DNA from: Octopus bimaculoides | Taxonomy: Eukaryota | Direction of reading: 5' to 3' | DNA length: 64,000 bases | Assembly (NCBI RefSeq): GCF_001194135.2 | Contig: NC_068993.1 | Coordinates: forward strand, 3,276,573 to 3,340,572 | Shown here: piece after piece, positions 13,718 through 27,180 of the stretch | Position numbering within the stretch: the first letter of the stretch is position 1 | Layout of the letters: every line of letters begins with the position of its first letter | The notes under the pieces: model-generated | The model's input: the letters and a program-made list of their open reading frames with translations, nothing else | The model's database searches: none | What the model was told of the DNA's origin: nothing | Program-made: the position numbers and the translations under genes

Positions 13718-14779
13718 TATATATATAGGAGGAGAGAGAGGGAAAGAGGAAAGAATAGAGTTAGATATTGATGCATAATTTTAATAAATGTTCATTTGAA
13801 CTATTTTCTTGGAGATATATGTGTACATAAGAAAAGAAATGCATCTAAGAATTAAATTAATATATACATCTATATGATATATTGTTTAAAACATTGAAAA
13901 CTTGGTTGAATGTATCTTCGAAGGCAGTCTGCACAGATTTGTGTAATACTGCAATACAAGCAATACAACATTATTCACAACACTTTACCCTCAATCATGT
14001 ACAAAGTAAACATGTTTCATCGGAGCCTCACTCTTTACGTGCATATTCATATTGGAAACACCTTATTCTCACTTAAAATTTTAAAAAAATATTGGTTTCC
14101 TAATTTGAATCTATTTTTGTTACTGTTTCAGCTGCAGTGTGCCACATTAGTTTGGGTTTTGCTTCTTCTTCTTCTGAGATCTTCTTCAAATGGTCTTTTA
14201 TACTGTACTACATTTATAGCAATTGAATGTTCTTTCTTTCACCATCCAAGAGATTTGCAACATATCCGCCCTGGTAATATGGTAAAATGAATCATATTGT
14301 GCCTACCCATTCATACAGAAGCTGTATGACAAAGCAGACACTCATCTAAATATTTCAGCTGCAAGATGCTTTCATGCAAATTAACTGCCTCTGGTGTGCC
14401 GCAAACCGGACAACTAATATGTCTTTCCATTTCGTTTACGTAGAATGTGACAGCAACTCCAACATCACTCCTGTGGTATTAGTAAAGGTTTTTTACTTTG
14501 TTGAAATAACAAACCAAAACTTAGAATAAAGCAGGTTACACGCACACACAGAGAACCGTGCATATAAGTATGTGTGTGCGTGCGTGTGTGTATGTATATA
14601 GATTTACCCAGTGCGGAGAGAAGGAATGCAAGAATCAACTGCAATGTAAGTTGAGGAGAGACGCTATCTGATGTAGCAACTGAAACTTTAAAAAGATTGC
14701 TCTTTATCTGTGTACATTTTTATGGTTTTCATATGAATTAACCAATAAATAGACTATCGATTTCATTTACTTAATGCTG

Positions 14780-15070
14780 CTTGTAAGCCTACCAGTTCAT
14801 GTTGACCAACTTTGCTTTGATGCCGAGGATTGATTAGTTCTCTCCAGCGCCACCTAAGCGGATTTGAACTCAGAGTACAAGAAATCAGATCAGATAACTC
14901 AGGAAATCATTTCTGATGTTCCAACCGATCTCCTAATCTATCAACAGCGCGGAAATGGTGAATGATAAAGTTTATCTCAGTGGGATTTGAACTCAAAATG
15001 CTAGAATCATAACGAATACCACAAGGCACTTTATTCAATGCTTTAATGACCCTACAAATCATCGTCTTTG
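14780..15070 (-). mobile_element. Two decayed family B SINE fragments
   Basis: GGATTTGAACTCAGA at ~14860 and GGGATTTGAACTCAAA at ~14982 (reverse-complement B-box), each followed by a family B-like sequence. Confidence 0.5.
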
Positions 15071-15296
15071 TGTAAAACTTCTAGTGAAATAGTTTTAATT
15101 CAATTTAATTGCCTTAACTACAGACACACGCAAAAATGATTAATAAATATACGTTAATCTACTATCTTATTTCATATGTTCATAATATTAACTATTAATT
15201 GACTACAAATTTTCATTGTATTATTGTTGCCTCATTGATGACTTCTGCAATTTGTAAGGAATAGGATCTTCTAATATGTTTCTAGATATATTTATA

Positions 15297-15316
15297 GACG
15301 TTAAACGATGATGATG
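15297..15316 (+). mobile_element. 20-nt stub of the RTE-type 3' terminus
   Basis: GACGTTAAACGATGATGATG is identical to 1484-1503. Confidence 0.5.
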
Positions 15317-18300
15317 TAGGCCTCATTGGGTTAAACATAGATTTTACAAGCGAAAAAGTTTTTAAATATATCACAACTTACTATTTGTTATTTAAGTTTT
15401 TATTTGCATATCCACTCACCAACATAGATATCTCCTCTTGAAATTTGAGTAGTTATAGATTTCTTTTTCAGTTTTTTAAAATTAATTTCTCCAGAAGTTT
15501 CTAAAATAAACCTAAAATTTTGAAATAAAAGACACAGGAAAGATTGTGAAAGCAAAAAGAGAACAAATTTATGAAATGCAACGAATATGTTTCTTGTTAG
15601 GAAACTGTACCCAGATTTATGCTTCTGGTCTCCTTTTTCGTGAAGCAATCAAATTGAATATTTCTTCCTGTACGTTTGCTTCAAAGACACACTTCTTATA
15701 ATCTGAAAGTATTTCTACATAAAATATATTCTAAAAACATCAACACCAAACGAATCTTTATAAAGAAATCACAAATACAAAAAAAAAAGAAGAAAAGAAA
15801 CAGTTATTCAGCAATAGTTAACTATTTAGGAAAGCTATACACCAAGATGAACTTAAGGGATAAACTTTTGAATATTCTGAATCATATATAATTGGACATG
15901 ACTGCTGGGTATGAAGAGCAAACTAGGGAGGATAATATCTGAATAAACTAAGGAGCGAACTAAGATAAAAAGCAAATTCATCCTTGAAAATTGCAACTGA
16001 CACTAAGTTATTTAAAAAATAAAATTTAATCTTTGTCAAATGATAAATTACATGTATATTCCTCATTGCAATATCGTGTGTGTGTGTGTGTGTGTGCATA
16101 TTTCATGTTGTACTAGTGCATGTCAAATACATTTCTACGAAAACAAATCTGCTATAGATTGGGATCTTATAAAGAAGATGTCTATTTTGGTTTATTTGTA
16201 TATATTTTGCATTCTTTTAGGTTTTCCATATTCTTAATGCCATGGCATAAATGTCAAACCCAATGACATGACCATTCAAGGATAAGCTTGATATATTTTA
16301 ATGCAAGAGAATAAAGAAAATACATGCATCTGTATACACGTGCACACAACGATAAAGCCGTGTGTTTATATACTGTATCTTGTCTTAATAATCCGTATTT
16401 GCTCTGTGGTAATGCTGTAAAAAGCATATCCAGGTTAAGAGGCGAACATAGGAAAATCTCACCCATCCACCCACGAATACATTAGCTATTGATTAACTAT
16501 AACTGATCATTGTATCATTGTTTTTTATTTGATGGCCACGGCACAGAACTGTCTTGGATTATTTCAAGCCATGAAACCAATTCTTATGAATCGGTATGAC
16601 TTGAACAGGTAACTTTGCTTTTACCTTTTTACATCTATGTATATAATTTTGCGTACACATCCACATATATGCGAATATATCTCTATCAATAAAGACTTCA
16701 GAGTGTAAGTTCAAATCATCTGAGCACTACGTGTTTTCTATACAGAGGATATCAAGCTCTCACTTTTTAAATATGTCTATGAATATTGTTGTATAGATGT
16801 ATATCTATTTATATACTTATCTATATACACAAACACACGCACATACATTATGTATATATGTAATTGTGTATGTATATATATATACATGTGTGTTTGTGTG
16901 TGTGAGTGTGTTTCAATATGTATGTGCCTATATATGTACCTACACTGACAATAAGCTAGACATAGGTATATGTAAATTAGAAAACTGTCCAAACGATGAA
17001 GATTCTGAACAAGTAACCGAATATTAATGCAAATGAAAATAATATAAATCTTGATGTCTTCATGTCTGGCCATTTCAGAAATGAAATAATAATGTCACAT
17101 GGGGAAATATATAGAAGATATTGGAAAAGGCCAAATAGTCAAATCGAATCTTTTTAAATTCGTTGTATTGAATCTTCGCTTGTTGTTATATTTTATATTT
17201 TATTCAGCTGATATAATATTTCATTTCTATAAAATTCCAATAAAACCTCGTAATGCTGATGTATTCTTATTCAAATCTTAATGAAAGCCACTGAAAATTA
17301 CCATGGCGTACTTGTAATCGAATATGTTTGGATTTTCAAACTTTATAGCAGCGTTTAATACAAAGCAAATTGGAATTTAAACAGTCAGTGTATATATCAC
17401 TATAATCCTTATTGTAATCTCTCTTCTCTAATGCGCACCGATGATAGACATCCTGCTGTAGTTTGCCGATTCCCAGTAATACTTTAATACTATGTAAGCT
17501 ACTTCACACAAATTCATCCGTTTGTATCAACTAAGCCTTTACTAATTTAAGACATTTCTATTATTAGATTGTATTCTCAGATGGATTTGATAAACACACA
17601 TCAATAATTGAATTGATGTTGTTTTCAGTCTTTCTTACATAATATCTAATAGACTTTAAACATTACATTTATCTCCGAATTAATGGGTTATGTTCACTTA
17701 TAAAATTCTAGTCGCTGCGTGCTGTGGTAGGTTAGAAAACTACAGGTAAGTATTAAATAACATCATAGGCTTCCTATTTATAAAATATGGTACCTGGTGG
17801 AGATAAATATTATGTTACATAAATATTGATATATAATGATACCTAGTCGTTTCAATCTATTTACGAAATTGATTAACTCAACTTTACTTCGGCTGTTTTC
17901 ATGCATTGTCGTCATAAATCTATAGACAATAAAGGATATATATTGTGAATAATAGCTTCTAATTCTAGGCACGATGCCAGCAGTTTCCTGAGACAGAAGT
18001 TTCTCAATTACATTGACTTCTGTTCTAAGATGGTGCTTTAGTTTTTCAAACTCATAAAGAAAAACGGCAGAGTTCACCTCAGTGGGATTTCAGCTGAACA
18101 CTTAAAGATGCATAGCTAATTTTCTTGCTTTTCTTTTGTACTTGAGTCTTAACCATAATTTGTTTCATGTCGTTTGTGCTTTCTCTGTCCGATCGCCAAG
18201 ATTTCTCACTATACATTTTGGTGTGTATTCTACGTCTCCTCTTTATTCTATCAATTCTTAACAAACGTGTGTGAAGCTTTCCTACGATTCTGGCTGGAGG

Positions 18301-19720
18301 GGGAGAAGTCCTAAGGTGTCAAAACCTTGAAAATCCATTGATAGACAAGTGATGAGTGGCATGTTTTCTTTTTTCATCAGGCATGCATTCTAGTCATTTG
18401 AGCTTAACGATTTAACTTCATGCATAAATGCACATACATTAAAGAAACTTTTTCTTCAGTTTAATTACATACGTTTCATTGTACTGCATCGAATTTCAGT
18501 TTATAGGCTTGCTCCTATCTCACTACTCGATTACTGCGCTTCTACTGGTAGTTGTTTTAAATCTCCAGTTAAGTAATGATCTAATTTGCTGCCGTGCTTT
18601 CATGAAAACAACGATAAAATGTTCAATAATTGACTGCAGATTTTATTACTTTTGCAAATCAATGTTCTTTAGATAATCATCGCATCATTTAAATAAATAT
18701 ATAATCTTTTTGTTAATTATTGAGAAATTACATGAACATTGTTTATTTAGACTTTATGAGAACTTCAAAGAATTTTATCACTTTGAATTTAATTGGATAT
18801 AAAACGTTTTATTGCTTGTTTAAACTTGTGACAGGTAATGGTGGTAAGGTTTATAGAGAAACAAGATATGCTGAAAACTATATTAATTTATATACATGAA
18901 TATCGTTTGTATCTTACGCCGTAAGTTTGAATAATATTAAAATATATTTACAGAGTACAATATTTGTAATTGAGGGATGAATGATGGTTTGTATCAAACA
19001 TGTTCATAATTATCACACTCGATGTTTGTTTCTATCATTGTATATGTGTGTGTGTGTGTGTGCATGCCTGTCTGTACACGTTTATGTATGAGTGAGTGCT
19101 CGCATGTGTATCTGAGTATATACTTTTGCAACTATCAGTAAAAGACTGTGTTTTGATATTATTTGAACCAAGAAACCCTAAGGAGGCATTATGAAAGATA
19201 TCCCATCCATAGCCACCCAGTTTTCAGCAAAGTTAACATTGGATTACAAGGTCTTTTTTAAGCATGTAGGATGTGATTTCCGGGAGTTTTGACTGCTATT
19301 ATTAGCTGTTTGGAACCATATCTTAGACAATCATTAGCCAGCATGAAGATATAAAGTGTGGGTCTTTGAAGGAAATTCGAATAAAGAAATCCACATAAAA
19401 TATTTTCTATGGTTAGCAGATCAAACATACGCTAATTCCATACTGAAACTCTTTCGCCTCCCTAACTCCATCCTCCTTTTTTCTTCACCCTCTTTGCCTT
19501 CCTCCTCTTCCTCCTCCTTTGCATCACCATTTTTGTCAGCAGTATTGTAATCTTGATGATTATCGTTATGATGTTTCTATTTTTTCTCGATGGTGTTAAG
19601 GTCCAGTTGGAGGATATGTAAACGGAACCCTTCCCCCTTAATTTTATTTATGGAATCACACATTTTAAGCTATGGAGATTCTGATTCTGAAAACAAAATT
19701 TTCAAAAATCGCAACTACAA

Positions 19721-19976
19721 AATTTCAGTCCCTCCCTCCCCATTTCTTCATTTTTTCCCTTTTTCTGGAAATATTTTTGGGTGAAATACGTACAAAAATA
19801 CAGAGATTATTATTCTGAAAAAAATTCTGCGTAAAATTTAAGTTTTTGAAAAATTGAAATTTTATAAACATTTTTTTTTCAGAATCATAATCTCTATATT
19901 TTTGTACGTATTTCGCCAAAAGAATTTCCAGAAAAAGTGAAAAATGAAGAAATGGGGAGTGGGGGAATTGAAATTG
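19721..19976. repeat. Long inverted repeat (~105-bp arms 19721-19824 and 19871-19976, ~46-bp spacer)
   Basis: AATTTCAGTCCCTCCCTCCCCATTTCTTCATTTTT...GAAATACGTACAAAAATACAGAGATTATTATTCTGAAAAAAA mirrors TTTTTTTCAGAATCATAATCTCTATATTTTTGTACGTATTTC...AAAAATGAAGAAATGGGGAGTGGGGGAATTGAAATT. Confidence 0.9.
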
Positions 19977-20009
19977 ACCGTAGATGAACGACACATTGTG
20001 ATCTTGGCT

Positions 20010-20847
20010 GGGTTTGAAAATAGAGCGCAGAGAGCCCTAACAAAATAGCAAAACTCCTTCTCTCTTGCTCCTTAACGACTTCAATTAGTCGCCTCAGTAT
20101 TCTATATACTAGATACTGAATTGTATGCCATGTGTCATTAAATCACAAGTATTACTAAGACAAAAATAATCAATCATAATAATTGCACATGCCATCAGAC
20201 TGAGAGCAAAAAATCTTACGGTTACTGAAGCTAAGCTGTCTTTCGTTGCAATAATAATAATTCCGTCGATCTGGGGAATTCTTTCCTCTCCGACGAAGCG
20301 TTTCTGTCCTAAACATTAAATTTCTCATTTTCCTCAACACATTAACATTTATTTCACAGTTGAAACTAAAAGTATTGTAATATTTTGCTGACTGATGTTC
20401 CATTAATAATTTAATACTTATTGAATAGTTATTTTTTGATTATTTCTGGCAAAATATCAGATTCATCGAAAAGTGAAGGGCCTGATGCTGTGACGATTTT
20501 CTTTTTTAAACAATTGACATTTTTGTTATGAAACTTTATATATGAAGCGTGATCTTTCTTCACCTGGAACTCACCTTTTGCACATACGTCACGATATTTC
20601 GATTCATAGTGTTGCTTATATTATCTTTTTGACCTCAGTTGGGTTTGAACTCAGAGCGCAGAGAGGCCTAACAAAATATTAAAACTCCTTCTCTTTCACT
20701 CCTTAACGACTTCACTAATTAGTCGCCTCACTATTCTATATAATAGATACTGAATTATATGCGATGTGTCATTAAATCACAAGTATTACTACGAAAAAAA
20801 ATAATCAATAATTGCACATGCCATCAGACTGAGAGCAAAAAATCTTA
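20010..20847 (+). repeat. ~208-bp direct repeat pair (20010-20218 and 20641-20847) around a ~420-bp unique segment
   Basis: Both copies read GGGTTTGAA...AGAGCGCAGAGAG.CCTAACAAAATA...GTGTCATTAAATCACAAGTATTACTA...AATTGCACATGCCATCAGACTGAGAGCAAAAAATCTTA. Confidence 0.9.
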
Positions 20848-22394
20848 GACAATCAGGATTTAGGCACATCCCAAAAATGCTACAACTTAAGGCTGAAGAG
20901 ACCCAAAATAAGTAAAATTGTACTTTTAATTAAGGGCCACATCAAAACTAGATCTGAAACTTAAATTAGAACAGTATACGAGGCTTCAACATCCCCAAAA
21001 TAGTATTGCAGTTTCATGAGTATAGAGAAACTTGTTATGCTGTGCAATCCCAGATTGTCATAACTTTTCTAGCTTTTGTATTGTTTTTTTTTTCACAGTA
21101 TACTGTTACTTTAAAATGTTCAGTAAACTGAAAATGAAATTCGAAGCTAGCACCGAGCAATTGGAGACTCAATAATTCCGCAATGGAAATTAGCTTGCTG
21201 TTCTACTGTGTCAGTCAGCTGCGTTATACTAATTCGTTTATCTTTCTTTCATATTCCATCAACAAGATATTCTACTGCCGTTATTGGCTGTTACCGTTAC
21301 TCTCCAACTACTAAGTAGATAAAAACTTTTTTTATTCAACTTTTGTGTAACTAATGCAAACACAATCTACAAAACTGTTAGCATTGAAATGTTGCAAACA
21401 GAAGACAATTTAGTTTTAGAATAATGCACATTTATAACTTATCCTCTCGTAGACTTAATGTATTATTTCTCAATAATTTGTTTATGTTTGATAAAAAAAA
21501 TAAAGAAAAAATAAACTTTTAGAAATAAAAGATCTAAATGAAACAACAAGAAATATATGCCTACAAATATATAAGTGATCATACTGTTTCAGTTTTATTT
21601 CTAAACATTTATCAGATTAAAGGTAAATAGCTGCATGATAATTCCAACTATGTACAATAATAGATCGAAATTTACGTATTAAATTTTCTTTCTGAAAAAC
21701 GAACCTATACTTTTGTAATAATGCATGTTATTCATACAGAAAGATATAACAAACAACTTTAATTTATTATATAACATTTTACTGACCTTTTGACGGGTGC
21801 CATCTCTTCTCTTGATTGTTTACATTCAACATAATTATATGACTTAGTAAACTTCTTTTTTTTTTAATATTTGCCAAAGAAATAATTTTATATATTTTTA
21901 TTATCGTAGAATATTTACTTCAGAAATTGTTTGAATTTTTGTTTCCGGCAAATATAAATAAAATTTTCCCAAGTTATATATTCTGAAAGTAAATAAATTT
22001 AATAATCAGAAAATACATCACTCATAAATACATACTTAACAAATATGTGCATATTTGGTTCTGGAATCACATCTCTTGCTAATATCAAAGTTATAGAATA
22101 TTCTTTGTTTGATAATCATATTTTCACATAGAATTGTAGGATGGATTCAAGTTCTCATCACCAACCGTTTCACATCTAGCTTGGGGCATGTTTCAACAAA
22201 ATACTAGCTGCAATGTTGTCATCGCAAAACTATATTTTGCTATGTGAATAGTTAATTTTCAAAGGTGGTCATCTGTTCGTTAATTTTTCAGCCATACAAC
22301 CCAAATAGCTACTGGAGATGAGAAGGCATCAATTCTATACTGTGTATCTATGTACAATAATTGCAATGGGACCAGAAGTAGTTTGAAGGTATTC

Positions 22395-22530
22395 TTTTAC
22401 TCGCTCCAGTAATTGAACAGTGGCCATGATGGAGCACCACTATAATAGATTTTAGTGGAACTAATTGCCACTAACACTTATTTGTTTTAAAGTCTGCTAT
22501 ATATTCTGTTGGTCTCATTTGCTACTTCCG
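22395..22530 (-). mobile_element. SINE family A, 3' fragment, old
   Basis: GTGGCCATGATGGAGCACCAC resembles the reverse complement of GTGCTCCAGCATGGCC. Confidence 0.5.
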
Positions 22531-22954
22531 ACCTTCATTTACTTCGAAACATATGTCAGAAGTAAAAGAATTTGAATAACACTTGTGTTTAACTCCATTT
22601 ATTTATCTATGTATCTGTATATATATATATATATATATAATTATTTAAAGGATCGTGGGTAAGGCCAGAACAATGCGAAGTAAAAGCAAGGCAAATCATA
22701 AGTAAGAAAACAAAAATATGAATTAATGTAAACTTAGTTGCATTCAATATTTCTGGGTTATGACCCCGTCTGCAACATTCGTTAATTTCTTGAGGATGGG
22801 ATGATAAGTCTACTTTAATTCATATATTTGTTTCCTGGTGATTTACCTTGATTTTACTTCGCATTGTTTTGGCCTTACCCACAATCCTTTGTACAATGTA
22901 TTCTACACAGTGCTTCATAGTAACTATTCTATATATGTGTGTGTATGTGTCGTC

Positions 22955-23265
22955 GGCTCCAGCTCGTATCTACGCATTGGGTTCGTCAGTTTTTATCCAG
23001 TCTCCTCGTCTGATGTTTGTGCCTAATGTGACTTTGGAGTCCATGTCAGTGGTGAAAGAGTCGTGTGCAGGAGTCGCACAGGATGGTCGGTGCGGATCGA
23101 GGATGTTGAAGATACTCTTTGTTGCTCCATTGTGGATTGCAGTCCCCCAGGTTATCCTACCCATGGCAATCTGTTCTCATTTCGAACCTCCTCTTGCTCT
23201 TGTTCTGACTGCAAGTTTTTCGTAGAGCATGATCCTTAGGAGACGAGAGCGCTCCAGATGCTGGA

Positions 23266-23267
<2 letters not shown>
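22955..23267 (-). pseudogene. Decayed RTE-clade LINE ORF C-terminal fragment
   Basis: The minus frame reads HLERSRLLRIMLYEKLAVRTRARGGSK*EQIAMGRITWGTAIHNGA. This resembles the RTE C-terminal pattern RLP..(L)YGEL..G.R..GG... followed by DR..WR..(V/I)..G. It contains an in-frame stop. Confidence 0.55.
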
Positions 23268-23296
<29 letters not shown>

Positions 23297-23305
<9 letters not shown>

Positions 23306-23381
23306 ATTTGGGGATGGTCATGTTGCCAGTTTAGCCAAATTGGCTAAACTGGCAATATGACCATCCCGAAATACAACAATA
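23297..23381. repeat. Near-perfect loopless 85-bp palindrome
   Basis: TATTGTTGTATTT-GGGATGGTCATGTTGCCAGTTTAGCCAAA|TTTGGCTAAACTGGCAATATGACCATCCCGAAATACAACAATA: one mismatch and one 1-nt indel. Confidence 0.95.
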
Positions 23382-23436
23382 TCAGTTTCAACACACGATT
23401 TCACATCAAGAATCTTGCAAAACGAATATATAAACG

Positions 23437-23479
<43 letters not shown>

Positions 23480-26400
23480 TGTGCGTGTGTGTGTGTGTGT
23501 GTATTTATGTACGTGGGTATACACATACAGACTGACACACACACACACAAGCGTATACGACAGGCTCTTACAGTCTTCCTCTACCAAATTCACTCCCATG
23601 GCAGCGATGGGCTTGTGGTTGGAGTAGAAAGCATTAGCATAAGTTACTATGCAAAAGAACAGAACCCCAAACTGCCTGGTCGCTGACTGCTATGACGAAT
23701 ACAACAAGACACCTAATTCCATCTGAGTTCTAAAGGGGCTGCCAATTTGCTGCCTGAATCCAACGCCACTCCTTGATGTAAAGAAAGAAAAAAAACCTTT
23801 CTAGAGTGAGTGAAGTGGTTGGTGTTTGGCGATGCAGAATAGCAGAATATGTTATTATATTATTTCGTGACTTTAACTTATAAAATTATGTAAAAGACCA
23901 TCAAAAATTAAATCAGCTACTGAAGTAAATTAATGAGACAAGTAAAATAAACATTCTAACATTATCAATATTAATGATGATGATGATGATAATAATAATA
24001 ATAATAATATAGTTATAATTAATAATGATGATGATGATGAACAACAAAACGAAGGAAAAATATATGTGTATTATATTAACTTTACATATTGTATGATAAA
24101 TTTTTGAAATACTATAGTTTCCATTTCCCCCCGAAAGTTCCATTGTTGAAATCAGAATACTGATATATATATGTGTATTCCAAATTGGTAATTTCCCCCG
24201 CTTTGTCATGATACTATTAAAAGTGTATCTGAAACTTTATGTATGTCGACAGTTAAGTAAAATATAGTAGTTTCTGATTATATATTCCTGTTTATGAATA
24301 AATTCTCATCTTTCACATTGATTTGGTTTTATTTTCAGTTCTAATGTGATCTTTCACTGTCGATGGCAATTTAACAAAAATGAGAATAATAGACTATCGC
24401 AAATAGGTTGCTCTTAGAGTGGAGAATTTTCCACATGCATGCATATTTATAAACAACATGAAATACGCATAGACTTATGATTTCCATGTTTCCATGTGAC
24501 TGTGTATATGTTTATATGTCTCTATCTATAAGTGAGTTTGCCTTTCTATTCAAATTCTCTTTCTCGCTCTCACACTCTCGCCCAGAATATATATGTATCC
24601 CCCCCCACATATATATACATACAAGTACATATATATGCCTTTTATGTATATCTTAGTATGTAGCTATATAATACAAGAATATGTAAGTATATATGTATAT
24701 ATATAAATATGTATATGCATTCACACAGAGGTATATTCATATATAAACATGTACGTATGCACACACATGTTTATATATATATATATATATATATATNNNN
24801 NNNNNNNNNNNNNNNNNNNNNNNNNNNNNNNNNNNNNATATATACTTATATATATGAGTGTATATATGTATACACACTCACATATGCATATAAAGATGAA
24901 CAACAGTCATATATCACTTCAATGCATATTAATAAATGATCGTCACATTGAACGGGTGATATATTAGGATTTGATTAATATAATAAACGAGCAAAATGAT
25001 TGCATTCACGTGAACATTTCTCATCATTATTGGCCAGCAAAGCAGCTGCACCAGTGAAAGGAAACCAACTGAATGGATTTTGATTACTCTCCAGAGGGCG
25101 TTCGGTCATGACCTTGGTCAAGAGTCATGCCTCTCGCTGATGCCCGTTATTTTGTTCTTATATACTTAATGTCAACTCATTTTGAGAAGAACAATTGAAA
25201 AGAAAAGTCACCGGAAGTTAATTTCATTTTAGTTTTTCGTTAACATTCAGTGAATCAGTTAAGATGTAATTGTGGCTATGATGGTTTTTGTTTTAGTATG
25301 TTTATTTAGTATTTAAAATTCAAAATAGATATACTTACGGCTTCTTAAAAAGGAGGTTTGCAGCTATACTGGACAGAGGTAAGGGATTACATTTAAGTGT
25401 GTAATTTGGGTGGCTTTATATCAAACAGATTGTCTTGCTCTCATTTTCAGAGTCTTCTAGTCGAAAGGTCACTTCTTTTCCGCAACACCATGTATCTTTT
25501 GATGTATATAGATTTTAGTCAGTTTTAGGATGACCTCATCATTTTAAAGCAGTTCACCGTGAGCTACTCATCTTCAAGGTATCAAGATTTGAGTCTTTAA
25601 ACACGAATTACACTAAGACTGCCTGGTGTTTGCGCAGACAAATGTAAGTGCTAAAACGAGAACGCCATATATTTAGCCATGGTTATTGTTGATGTTCTTG
25701 TTAGGCTTTTAAACCGGCCGTGCCTCGAAAATTCCTTGACCAAAATGTTCCAACAATGACCGTCATATCTGCGTGCTACAGACATAGCTCATCTTGAACA
25801 ATATATGTGATTAAAAATCTTCTCCTACTTTTATTCTGGTTGCGCGTGATTTAAGAGATATTTAACAACTATTATTAGTAATTTGGTATCAACTCGTTTA
25901 CTTATAATAGCAATGGTTTATCTATAACGTATGGATATCGTACTTCATTTTATAGTCAACTAATTTGCTGATTCTGGTAATAGTGACTAAATATAAAACA
26001 GCCAGCCCACAAGATGAACACACTGATATCAATAAATACTTTAAATAGCACAGCTTACCATGTCAGAAATGAATACAAATGCCTGCACACATATACACAC
26101 ACAGATCTATGTATGTATATATGTGTATGTCAATATATAAACGTGTGTGTGTACACATCTATATGTGTGAGTAGATATGTATAAATATATATATATAAAT
26201 ATATTTGCATGTTTGTGTATTTGTGTATATGTGTATATGTGTATTTGGACAACATCATAATCTAATATAAATATATATTTTTATGTTCAACTTCACAGAT
26301 AATTGGAACAATTCACTTTATATGATTGCCAGCAAAAGATTGTTACTTGCCATGTCACGTGAGGATTAGAATAAATTTCACGAGGTCAGTCAATCAGACG

Positions 26401-26744
26401 GTCAGAGGCTAGACATGTCTATTCTTGATACTGTTGACGACATGTTTCTGAATTCTAAAAGAAAAACCAAAATAACTGGAAAGTGATTATCAGGGAAGTC
26501 TTGAAGGAAAACTCAGTAGGAAAAGCATAGAAAGTGTATCATAATTGCAAACTGTGGAAAGTGTAATATATATACATATAAATATAACAGAGTATATTTA
26601 TTTGTGCGAGGCTGGTGAACAAAAACAAAAAGTAACACACACATGCACACAAACAAGCATATACAAAAGATAGCTGTGGATTTACATGTATTATTATTGA
26701 CAAGATAAAGGCTGCAAGCTGGCTGAATCTTAAACACTCTGTTC

Positions 26745-27180
26745 AAATTGTTTAGTAGCATTTCTCTCGTCTTCTTGTTCTGAGTTCAATTTCTGCTGAG
26801 ATAGACTTTGTCTTTCATCGTTTCGGGGTCGATAGATTAAGTAGTACTCAAGCACTGAGGTTGATGTAATCCACCGTGTCTTACTCGTTTGCATTCTATT
26901 AAAATTTGATTCTTTAAATATCCAATTTTTCGGGCCTTGTGACTCTAGTCGAAACAATTACTATCCACACAGTAAATGCAGTAAGCTGGCAGAATCGTCA
27001 ACTTGTCTGGAAAAATTGACATTGGAATGTTTTCTGGATCTTAAAGTTCCGAGATCAAATACCACCGAAGAAACTTTGCCTTTCATTGAGGAAATAAAGT
27101 ACCATTTAAATACTGGAGTCGAGGTAAACGATTTGTTCACTTCTCAAATTTGCTAGTCTTGTGCCAAAATTAGACAGAAT
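26745..27180 (+). mobile_element. Two tandem family B SINEs (26745-26955 and 26978-27180)
   Basis: TTCTGAGTTCAATTTCTGCTGAGATAGACTTTGTCTTTCATCGTTTCGGGGTCGATAG, then AAGCTGGCAGAATCGT...ACTTTGCCTTTCAT...GTCTTGTGCCAAAATT. Confidence 0.75.

Noticed and set aside
17778-18264. 99-aa and 61-aa minus-strand ORFs that read protein-like (LYEFEKLKHHLRTEV...)
   Set aside because: GTG/TTG starts, no recognisable motif and no convincing splice sites; the length is attainable by chance in six frames of 64 kb.
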